A stretch of DNA of 64,000 nt, from NCBI GenBank assembly GCA_964534845.1, contig CAZHPV010000006.1, positions 11,140 to 75,139 of the forward strand. The letters are read 5' to 3'. The DNA is from an uncultured Caulobacterales bacterium. Lineage in GTDB: Bacteria; Pseudomonadota; Alphaproteobacteria; Caulobacterales; Maricaulaceae. The position numbers and the translations under genes were made by a program. Shown one piece after another: positions 56,821-64,000 of this stretch; positions within the stretch are counted from its first letter, which is position 1, and each line of letters starts with the position of its first letter. The notes beneath the pieces are model-generated. The model was not told the origin of the DNA. It ran no database searches and worked only from the letters and a program-made list of their open reading frames with translations.

Positions 56821-58479
56821 ATGGCCCGCCAATTTTGTTATCATATGCAAGGTCTGACCAAAAAATTTGGCAATAAGACCATATTGGATAATGTGCATTT
56901 ATCATTTTACCCAGATGCCAAGATCGGCCTTATCGGGGTGAACGGCGCTGGTAAATCGACCTTGATGAAGGTCATGGCCGGTCTGGATACGGAAGTGACA
57001 GGCGAACATTGGGCGGCCGAGGGGGTAAAGGTTGGTTATCTTCCCCAAGAACCACAACTCGATAATGCCAAGGATGTCTGGGGCAATGTCATTGAAGGTT
57101 GTGAAGATAAACAAATCTTCGATCAATATAATACTGTAGCTATGAAAATGGCCGAAGACTATAGTGATGAAATCATGGAAGAAATGACGGCCTTGCAAGA
57201 ACAGGTCGATGGCCGTGATGCTTGGGATATCGATAGTAAGATAGAAATGGCTATGCAGGCTTTGCGGTGTCCGCCCAAGGATAGTCCGGTTAATAACCTG
57301 TCGGGCGGTGAAGCCAGACGCGTTGCCCTTTGCCGGCTTTTGCTTTCCAAGCCAGATCTTTTATTGCTGGATGAGCCAACCAACCATCTGGACGCTGAAA
57401 CGGTGGCGTGGCTGGAAAACTATTTGGTAAAATATAACGGCGCGATCATATTGATTACGCATGATAGATATTTTCTAGACAATATTACCTCATGGACTCT
57501 GGAGATTGACCGAGGGCGGGCCTATCCGCATGAGGGGAATTATTCTTCATGGCTTGAAGCTAAAGATAAACGAAACATGCAGGAAGGCCGCGAGGCCGAT
57601 AGTAAGTCCAAAGCTTTAAAGCGTGAGCTGGAATGGATACGGTCAAACCCCAAAGCCCGTCAGAGCAAATCTAAAGCCCGTATATCGGCCTATGAATCCT
57701 TGCGAGACTCGGCAGAGGCCGAAGTTGTCACCCATGCCGAAATTCGTATCCCGATGGGAGAGCGTTTGGGTAATATTGTTGTGGAAGCTGAAAATATCTC
57801 GAAAGCCTTTGGGGACAAGCTTTTGATAAAAGACCTGTCTTTTAAATTGCCGCGCGGCGGTATTGTGGGTGTTATCGGACCAAATGGTGCGGGTAAAACC
57901 ACGCTGTTTAAAATGATTACCGGCGCGGAGACACCGGATGAAGGTGCTTTTAAAATCGGGGAAACAGTGGAGCTAGGCTATGTAGACCAGACCCGTGACG
58001 CGCTTGATAATTCTAAAAATGTTTGGGAAGCTGTTTCAGACGGTTTGGATATATTGCGACTGGGCAAGCGCGAGGTCCCGAGCCGCGCCTATTTGGGTGC
58101 CTTTAATTTCAAAGGGACCGATCAGCAAAAAAATGTAGGCCAATTATCGGGAGGGGAACGTAACCGGGTCAATCTGGCTAAAATGCTAACCCGTCCGGCT
58201 AATCTGCTGTTACTGGACGAACCGACCAATGATCTTGACCGCGAGACTCTGGCTTCACTCGAAGTGGCGCTTGAAAAATTCCCGGGCTGTGCCGTGGTTA
58301 TTTCTCATGACCGGTTCTTCCTTGACCGTGTAGCGACACACATACTGGCTTATGAGGGGGATAGCCATGTCGAATGGTTTGAAGGTAATTTTGCCGATTA
58401 TATCGAGGATAAAAAGCGTCGTCTTGGCCCTGATGCCGACATGCCTAAAAAGCTTAAATTCGTAAAATTCGATCGATAA
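56821..58479 (+). CDS. ettA: Energy-dependent translational throttle ABC-F protein EttA
   Basis: 552 aa from the ATG at 56821. It has two ABC cassettes (GVNGAGKST and GPNGAGKTT) with LSGGE signatures, and the N-terminus aligns with E. coli EttA. Confidence 0.93.
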   Translation: MARQFCYHMQGLTKKFGNKTILDNVHLSFYPDAKIGLIGVNGAGKSTLMKVMAGLDTEVTGEHWAAEGVKVGYLPQEPQLDNAKDVWGNVIEGCEDKQIFDQYNTVAMKMAEDYSDEIMEEMTALQEQVDGRDAWDIDSKIEMAMQALRCPPKDSPVNNLSGGEARRVALCRLLLSKPDLLLLDEPTNHLDAETVAWLENYLVKYNGAIILITHDRYFLDNITSWTLEIDRGRAYPHEGNYSSWLEAKDKRNMQEGREADSKSKALKRELEWIRSNPKARQSKSKARISAYESLRDSAEAEVVTHAEIRIPMGERLGNIVVEAENISKAFGDKLLIKDLSFKLPRGGIVGVIGPNGAGKTTLFKMITGAETPDEGAFKIGETVELGYVDQTRDALDNSKNVWEAVSDGLDILRLGKREVPSRAYLGAFNFKGTDQQKNVGQLSGGERNRVNLAKMLTRPANLLLLDEPTNDLDRETLASLEVALEKFPGCAVVISHDRFFLDRVATHILAYEGDSHVEWFEGNFADYIEDKKRRLGPDADMPKKLKFVKFDR

Positions 58480-58509
58480 AAAAATGGCGACAAGGTTTCC
58501 CTTGCCGCC
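58478..58509 (-). terminator. Intrinsic terminator of the DM13 gene, overlapping the ettA stop codon
   Basis: Stem GGCGACAAGG/CCTTGCCGCC pairs at 9 of 10 positions. The A7 run on the plus strand is a U-tract on the minus strand. Confidence 0.7.
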
Positions 58510-58560
58510 GGCACTCTTAATGCGCATGTTTAGAGGACTAACGCACTAAATGAGTGAGCC

Positions 58561-59028
58561 TTATTGAGTAAGCGTTGCAACGCCTAGCGGGACATCGAAT
58601 TTCTCACACCAGACATATACTTGCGAAAATTGGCCGGGTGTAAAACTTGCGGGTAGAGCATAATTCTGGCTACCAGTGATCTTTTGCAGAGCGCCCAGCT
58701 TATTGGCTTTTGAATAGGTCTCACCATTGCCAATCGCCACGATGGGGTCAGGGGCGCCGTCCAGACTAAAGTCTTCAGCAAACTCAAGACCGTAACCCGT
58801 CTGTGTTTTTACGAGGCGCACGGCTCCCGTTGTAATATGATCTGAGCGACCTGAAAATGTCCCAGAGGCGAGTGCGGCAGAACTCTGGGCCTGAGCAGAA
58901 CTTTGAGCGGGCGTTGCCGCGGGTGCTGATGATTGAGCCGTTGAAGACGTCTCAGATTGCGAACACGCACTAAATGATAAACTTAATAATGAAGCGCCGA
59001 TAACAGCGATAGTTTTTACGTTAAACAT
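58561..59028 (-). CDS. DM13-domain lipoprotein
   Basis: The ATG at 59028 has an AAGGAAA Shine-Dalgarno sequence. Lipobox SFSAC, and the segment GTFSGRSDHITTGAVRLVKT...DGAPDPIVAIG is DM13-like (from memory). Confidence 0.65.
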   Translation of the reverse strand: MFNVKTIAVIGASLLSLSFSACSQSETSSTAQSSAPAATPAQSSAQAQSSAALASGTFSGRSDHITTGAVRLVKTQTGYGLEFAEDFSLDGAPDPIVAIGNGETYSKANKLGALQKITGSQNYALPASFTPGQFSQVYVWCEKFDVPLGVATLTQ

Positions 59029-59136
59029 TGGATTTCCTTTTTTCTTGACCGTTTGGTCTATAAATAATATCAAGGGCCATAGTCTATTCGGAACCATTTG
59101 GTCAAGAATAATGTGGTAACGATGTTGTGAGGTCTA

Positions 59137-59769
59137 ATGACTGTTAATTCTGAGCGTCAAAAAGGTCGGCCTAGAGAGTTTGATGAAGCTGATATATTAT
59201 CAAAAATCATGTCAGTGTTCTGGAGCTTGGGTTATGAAGCGACTAAGCTAAGCGATATTGTGAGCGCGACGGGTTTGCAAAAAGGCTCACTTTATAAGGT
59301 GTTTTCAGGCAAGCAGGACATGTATCTCAAAGCCTTGGCCCATTATGATGAGACTATTGTGCAAGAGGCGATAGCCTATCTAACGTTAGAAACCTCAACG
59401 CCGGCCAAAGAGCGCTTAGAGAACTTTTTATCGGCGCCGTTAAATGCGGTATGGGAGCGCGGTGAGAGGCGGGGCTGTTTTTTGTGTAATGCATCCGCTG
59501 ATTTTGCGGCCCATGATAAGGATACGCTTAATCTCATCACCCGGGCTTACGGGGGGTTGGAACAGGCTTTGGCTGTTACGATTGCGCAAGTCAAACCGCA
59601 ATGGGACAAAATGCGGGTGCAGAAAACGGCACAATTATTTTTGACGGTTTACTCCGGCTTACGGATTATGGCCAAAACCGCAACGTCCCGGACTGTTTTG
59701 GAAGGGGCCAAAGATATGTGCTTGGCTCAGCTTGACCAAAGCCTGAATATTAGAGATATAAAGACATAA
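59137..59769 (+). CDS. TetR-family transcriptional regulator
   Basis: 210 aa with an N-terminal helix-turn-helix, GYEATKLSDIVSATGLQKGSLYKVF. Confidence 0.85.
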   Translation: MTVNSERQKGRPREFDEADILSKIMSVFWSLGYEATKLSDIVSATGLQKGSLYKVFSGKQDMYLKALAHYDETIVQEAIAYLTLETSTPAKERLENFLSAPLNAVWERGERRGCFLCNASADFAAHDKDTLNLITRAYGGLEQALAVTIAQVKPQWDKMRVQKTAQLFLTVYSGLRIMAKTATSRTVLEGAKDMCLAQLDQSLNIRDIKT

Positions 59770-59815
59770 AGATTTTTTTATATACATTTGAAATAAGCTG
59801 TGCTAACACCCCATT

Positions 59816-60784
59816 ATGGATAGAATTGCAACAGCTTTAAAAGTATTAGGTCACTCAGAGAGATTGCGTATATTAGCGCTTTTATCTCGCGGGGAGTTGA
59901 CAGTTTCCGAACTTGTTCAGATTTTGAAACTATCTCAACCCCGGATTACCCAATATATTAATGCCCTTGAGGGCGCCGGTATCATTGAACGCCTTAAAGA
60001 GGGGAGTTGGGTGTTTTCGCGAATTAAACGCTCAAATCAGGAAATTACAGCGCTTGTGGCGACGACCTTGGCTATCTTACCTGAACATGACGCCATATTG
60101 GCGGCAGACGCCAAGCGTCTGGAGCAGGTGCGTGTTGAGAGAGCAAAAGCCGCGGAAGCGTTTTTTGCCAATGTCGCTAATGATCGGGGACAGTTGGGGG
60201 ATGAATATTTACCCCAGTCCGATATTGAAAAGCGCATGCGGGCGATGATCGGGGATAAAACCTATGATTACATGGTCGATCTGGGAACAGGTACAGGTCG
60301 GGTATTGGAGGTGTTCTCGGATTGTATAAAGCGCGGTTCGGGCATTGATAATAATACGGACATGCTCAAAGTGGCACGCTCGAATTTAGCGCGTAACCAG
60401 CATAGTCATATTTCCGTAAGGCAGGGCGATCTTCATGCCACGCCCTTGGAAGTGTCCGTTGCCGATCTCGTGACCCTCCATCAGGTCTTGCATTATTTGG
60501 AAGACCCGGAAGAGGCGATTACAGAAGCGGCCCGCATCATGATGCCCGGCGGACTTTTATTGGTCGTTGATTTTGAACCCCATTTGTTTGACGAGTTTAG
60601 GGAACGCTACGCTCACCGGAGATTGGGTTTTAGCGATATTGATATTACGCAATGGTTTGCCCAAGCTGGTATTGAAACCGTAAAATCCGAGCATGTTGAA
60701 ACGCCAGAAGGTAAGCCTAATGTGAAAATATGGCTGGGTCAAAAACCACAACAAATAGGTGAGAAATATGGCACTGGCGCATAG
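59816..60784 (+). CDS. ArsR-type wHTH fused to a SAM-methyltransferase-like domain (SahR-like regulator)
   Basis: LKVLGHSERLRILALL...ELVQILKLSQPRITQYINAL, followed by DLGTGTGR (methyltransferase motif I). It overlaps metF by 17 nt. Confidence 0.72.
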   Translation: MDRIATALKVLGHSERLRILALLSRGELTVSELVQILKLSQPRITQYINALEGAGIIERLKEGSWVFSRIKRSNQEITALVATTLAILPEHDAILAADAKRLEQVRVERAKAAEAFFANVANDRGQLGDEYLPQSDIEKRMRAMIGDKTYDYMVDLGTGTGRVLEVFSDCIKRGSGIDNNTDMLKVARSNLARNQHSHISVRQGDLHATPLEVSVADLVTLHQVLHYLEDPEEAITEAARIMMPGGLLLVVDFEPHLFDEFRERYAHRRLGFSDIDITQWFAQAGIETVKSEHVETPEGKPNVKIWLGQKPQQIGEKYGTGA

Positions 60785-61742
60785 TCACGCTCCAACAGAG
60801 ACCGCATCGTGGCATGATATACCTGAAAAGGGTCCGATTGCCCGGACTGCCGCCAGAACGGCAGCGCGCGGGCGTGATGATATAGGTGTGAGTTTCGAGT
60901 TTTTTCCGCCAAAGAACCCTGCAATGGAGCAGGCCTTATGGTCATGTGTAGAGAAATTACAGTGTCTACAGCCTGATTTTGTGTCCGTGACCTACGGCGC
61001 TGGCGGCTCGACACAGGAGAATACATTAAAAACTGTTGCAAGACTTGCCAGTGAAACCAGTTTGAACCCGGCGGCGCATCTAACGTGCGTGGGTGCAACG
61101 CGTGATGAAATTGACGCGGTTGCGAGAAAGTTTTGGCAAGCGGGCGTGCGCCATATCGTGGCTCTGCGGGGTGACCCTCAGGATGGTATAGGCACACGCT
61201 ATGTCCCTCACGGTTCCGGCTATGCTTACGGGTCTGATCTGGTCGCAGGTTTAAAATCTGTAGCAGATTTTGAAATTTCCGTGAGCGCCTATGCTGAGCG
61301 CCATCCCGAGAGCGCGAGCTGGGAAGCCGAGCTGGATAATTTAAAGCGCAAACAGGATGCAGGGGCCACGCGCGCGATTACGCAATTTTTCTTTACGCCC
61401 GATGTCTTTTTGCGGTTTCAAGACCGCGTTCTGGATGCGGGCATTGATATGCCAATCGTACCCGGATTAATGCTTCAGCCGAACTTTAAGGGTTTAAAGC
61501 GTATGTCTGATATGTGCGGGGTGAGCGTACCGGATTGGTATCAAGGCTTGTTTGAGGGGTTGGAAAATGACCCGGCAACGCGCCAATTACTCACAGCGTC
61601 GCTTACGGCCGAGCTGACATCGGCTCTTTCAGAAGAGGGCGTCAGTAATTTTCACCTTTATACGCTCAATCGCCCTGAACTGGCTTATTCCGTAGGACGG
61701 GTTCTCGGCCTGCATAAAACAAGTGCGCTAAACACCCAATAA
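60768..61742 (+). CDS. metF: 5,10-methylenetetrahydrofolate reductase
   Basis: SFEFFPPKN...VTYGAGGST...ALRGD. I prefer the ATG at 60768, which has an AGGTGAG Shine-Dalgarno sequence. Confidence 0.92.
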   Translation: MALAHSHAPTETASWHDIPEKGPIARTAARTAARGRDDIGVSFEFFPPKNPAMEQALWSCVEKLQCLQPDFVSVTYGAGGSTQENTLKTVARLASETSLNPAAHLTCVGATRDEIDAVARKFWQAGVRHIVALRGDPQDGIGTRYVPHGSGYAYGSDLVAGLKSVADFEISVSAYAERHPESASWEAELDNLKRKQDAGATRAITQFFFTPDVFLRFQDRVLDAGIDMPIVPGLMLQPNFKGLKRMSDMCGVSVPDWYQGLFEGLENDPATRQLLTASLTAELTSALSEEGVSNFHLYTLNRPELAYSVGRVLGLHKTSALNTQ

Positions 61743-61791
61743 TTAGGTCTACTGAAAACCTAAGATTGAATTCGCAGCCCGTTTAGGGCAC

Positions 61792-62475
61792 ATGCTTTAT
61801 ATGAGTCTCTGGCAGTCAATTTTATCGGCAGGCGCGCGCCTATTTGGGCCGCCGTCCCGTTTTGATAAAAATGGACGCCCTGGTCTTCTGGATCAAGGGG
61901 GTGTCGCTGCGGCCCTGATTGCCTTGGGGGCTAAAATGGCTAAAGCTGATGGGAGCGTCTCGCGTCAGGAAGTGGAGGCTTTCAAAACTGTTTTTCAAGC
62001 CAGCCCTGAAGACGAGGCCGGGATTGCCCGTTTTTTCGATCTGGCCCGTCAAACCACTTTGGGATATGAGCGTTATGCCCGTATCATTACCCGAAAATTC
62101 AGAGCCCAACCTGCCGCATTGGAAGATGTTCTGGACGGCCTCTTCCATATCGCCCTCGCAGACGGTGTTATTACTCAAGACGAGCTTGGCTTTCTACAAA
62201 GGGTCGGAGACATTTTTGGTTTTTCAGACCGTGAGTTTAACCGGATTAAAATTGCACATATCGGGCGGGCGGCTGATGATCCTTATTTAATTTTGGGTGT
62301 GGACGAAGATATAAGTGATGCGGACTTAAAACGGGCCTATCGGCGTATGGCGGCCGCTAATCATCCGGACCGTTTGGTTGCCCGAGGCTTACCCCGAGAA
62401 TTAATCGGATTGTCAAACCACAAAATGGCCATGATCAATAAGGCTTATGCGGAAATAAAAAAGGCCCGTGATTAA
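61792..62475 (+). CDS. DjlA-like co-chaperone (TerB-fold N-domain plus C-terminal J domain)
   Basis: AKADGSVSRQEVEAF and ALADGVITQDEL (TerB-like), then DPYLILGV...AYRRMAAANHPD (J domain with the HPD motif). Confidence 0.8.
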   Translation: MLYMSLWQSILSAGARLFGPPSRFDKNGRPGLLDQGGVAAALIALGAKMAKADGSVSRQEVEAFKTVFQASPEDEAGIARFFDLARQTTLGYERYARIITRKFRAQPAALEDVLDGLFHIALADGVITQDELGFLQRVGDIFGFSDREFNRIKIAHIGRAADDPYLILGVDEDISDADLKRAYRRMAAANHPDRLVARGLPRELIGLSNHKMAMINKAYAEIKKARD

Positions 62476-62500
62476 TACGGGCCTTCTCAAATTTTGTTTA
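62461..62500. terminator. Bidirectional intrinsic terminator between convergent genes
   Basis: 9-bp stem AAGGCCCGT/ACGGGCCTT spanning the stop codon, with an A-run upstream and ATTTTGTTT downstream. Confidence 0.6.
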
Positions 62501-62536
62501 GATCTATCTGCTTGCGCAAAACGTCCTATTGGGCGC

Positions 62537-63190
62537 TTATTGCGCTGCGCGTGCGGCTTCGCCTTCAGCGTTAAGTTTTGCTAGCAAAGCGGCGGCCTCA
62601 GTGGTGCTGAGTGTATTAACCCAAGCCGGTTCAGCACATCCCAGTCGCTGTGCCGCTGTGTTAATCTCGGCGACTTTTTCAGCACTGGTTACTGACACAC
62701 CAATATCGGGAACAACCTTGTCCACTAAGGGGCCTGATGAATTAAAAACGATTTGATTGGCGGTTCCGGCCACAGCTGTTTCAACAAAGGCGCTACCGAT
62801 ACCCAAACTGGCGACCCCGCCACTGGCGGCACCTGCAAGTGTACCCAATAAGATGGTTTTCATGAGGCCTGTTCCAAAACTGGCCCCGCCCTCAGGGAGT
62901 TCGGGAGTGGATGCAAACGCTAATGCATTCATGCTAAATTGTCCGCAGGTAGGGTCTGTGAAAGTGGAGCGGATCTGGCTTTCTGCCAAAACAACGTCTG
63001 GCGAGACAGCTGATAGCAAATCCGTACTGCCCGCTTGGGCGGTTGCGGCATCTTCGGCTGTTGGAATGGGTTTGATGTTTTCTTCAGCAATACCGGCCAA
63101 AAGCACGTTTTGCGGATTAGGCGAAAATGTTGCACATGCCGATAATGACAGTGCAGCAAGGGAAATCAATGTAATAGGAAGGGTTTTCAT
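62537..63190 (-). CDS. Hypothetical Ala/Gly-rich lipoprotein
   Basis: The ATG at 63190 has an AGAGG Shine-Dalgarno sequence. Lipobox LSLSAC. I recognise no family. Confidence 0.6.
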   Translation of the reverse strand: MKTLPITLISLAALSLSACATFSPNPQNVLLAGIAEENIKPIPTAEDAATAQAGSTDLLSAVSPDVVLAESQIRSTFTDPTCGQFSMNALAFASTPELPEGGASFGTGLMKTILLGTLAGAASGGVASLGIGSAFVETAVAGTANQIVFNSSGPLVDKVVPDIGVSVTSAEKVAEINTAAQRLGCAEPAWVNTLSTTEAAALLAKLNAEGEAARAAQ

Positions 63191-63404
63191 GAGTACCTCT
63201 AAGTGAATCAATAGGCCTGTCTATTGAGAAAATGCGCGTTAACAGAGGCTGAATGAAAGCCGGATTTGCTGTGTTTATACATGTGATTGCTTTGGGTCGG
63301 TCGGCTGAAAAAATTGCTATTTTGGATTAATTATTATCAATTAAGTGGATTTTTAAACCAAGGGGCTTGACGAAAGCAATCTGACACCCGAAATTAGGCG
63401 GGCT

Positions 63405-63755
63405 ATGAGCAATACTTACAATATTTCCGGCAGAGGTGGTGTCGTACAAAACCTGATAAGAGGTCTTGTGCTGGTAGCTGCCGCTATTGGTGGTTTTTTT
63501 ATGCTGGCTTTTTCAGCGGCTTTTGCGTTTTTCGTTATTTCCGGACTTATTATTTTAGGTTTGGCTGTTTTTGCCGTTTTATGGACACGAGCAAAGCTAT
63601 TGGGCAAGCCTTTTGGCCCTCGCGCGCAATTTGAAACCATGAAATCGGAAATGGACAGCCAGTTCGAGTCTATGCACAAAACCCAGAAGAGCGATGAGGT
63701 CGACGGACCTATTATTGACGCGCATAAAACGCCTGAAGGCTGGACTGTAGACTAA
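63405..63755 (+). CDS. Small two-helix membrane protein, unknown function
   Basis: 116 aa with two long hydrophobic segments and an acidic C-terminus. Confidence 0.5.
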   Translation: MSNTYNISGRGGVVQNLIRGLVLVAAAIGGFFMLAFSAAFAFFVISGLIILGLAVFAVLWTRAKLLGKPFGPRAQFETMKSEMDSQFESMHKTQKSDEVDGPIIDAHKTPEGWTVD

Positions 63756-63848
63756 GCGTATCGACGCCGTGGTGTTAAGCCAAAATTAGCTTTATTTCCT
63801 AGCAAAAATGTAAGCTCGGCCCCCTATAGCTATCTTTCGGGGGAGACT

Positions 63849-64000
63849 ATGCTTAATCTAGAAGACATTGGAGCGGGGCAAGTCCGGCGTGTGTTTCGGA
63901 CCTTGAAAAATCTACGCAATTTTCGCAGCCTCAACACAAAACAAAAGGCGCAGACTATCATTGTGCCAGTTTTGTTATTTTCAGGTTTTGGGTTTACGGC
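63849..64000 (+). CDS. 5' end of an unidentified gene (runs off the window)
   Basis: The ATG at 63849 follows GGGGGAG, and the frame stays open to the window edge (MLNLEDIGAGQVRRVF...). Confidence 0.35.
   Translation, partial: MLNLEDIGAGQVRRVFRTLKNLRNFRSLNTKQKAQTIIVPVLLFSGFGFT

Overview
This 64-kb window looks like chromosomal core DNA from a marine alphaproteobacterium, probably Caulobacterales or Hyphomonadaceae-like. The evidence for that placement is a divK-pleD pair, CIRCE-controlled groESL, a GTTC-N7-GTTC SOS box in front of dinB, plsY-dprA-topA-rnr synteny, and a DUF374-waaA-lpxK-lpxL lipid A cluster. I can support about 60 protein genes, and nearly all are housekeeping: groESL, rnr, topA, clpSA, ileS-lspA, purD, ribF, xseA, metF, ettA, arfB, ubiA, msrB and rsmE. 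I saw no rRNA, tRNA, CRISPR array, transposase, integrase, prophage or recognisable defence genes. One real gene, rpmG (L33, 55 aa), is missing from the ORF track because it is shorter than the track's smallest listed ORFs. I can read several regulatory sites directly: CIRCE, an SOS box, three near-consensus sigma-70 promoters and about eight intrinsic terminators. The most unusual content is as follows. (1) An AT-rich gene encodes a DCC-type CxxC domain fused to a polytopic domain resembling vitamin-K-dependent gamma-carboxylase (HTTM). It lies tail-to-tail with a secreted tandem-repeat protein and downstream of an exported MsrB and ubiA. (2) Two adjacent exported proteins share an Arg-Gly-Phe repeat tail. 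(3) There is a bacterial Coq4-family protein with the intact HDxxH-x11-E motif. (4) An AT-rich insert with a consensus promoter and an orphan ORF splits the dprA-topA synteny. All family assignments come from motif recognition by eye and need confirmation by HMM or BLAST.
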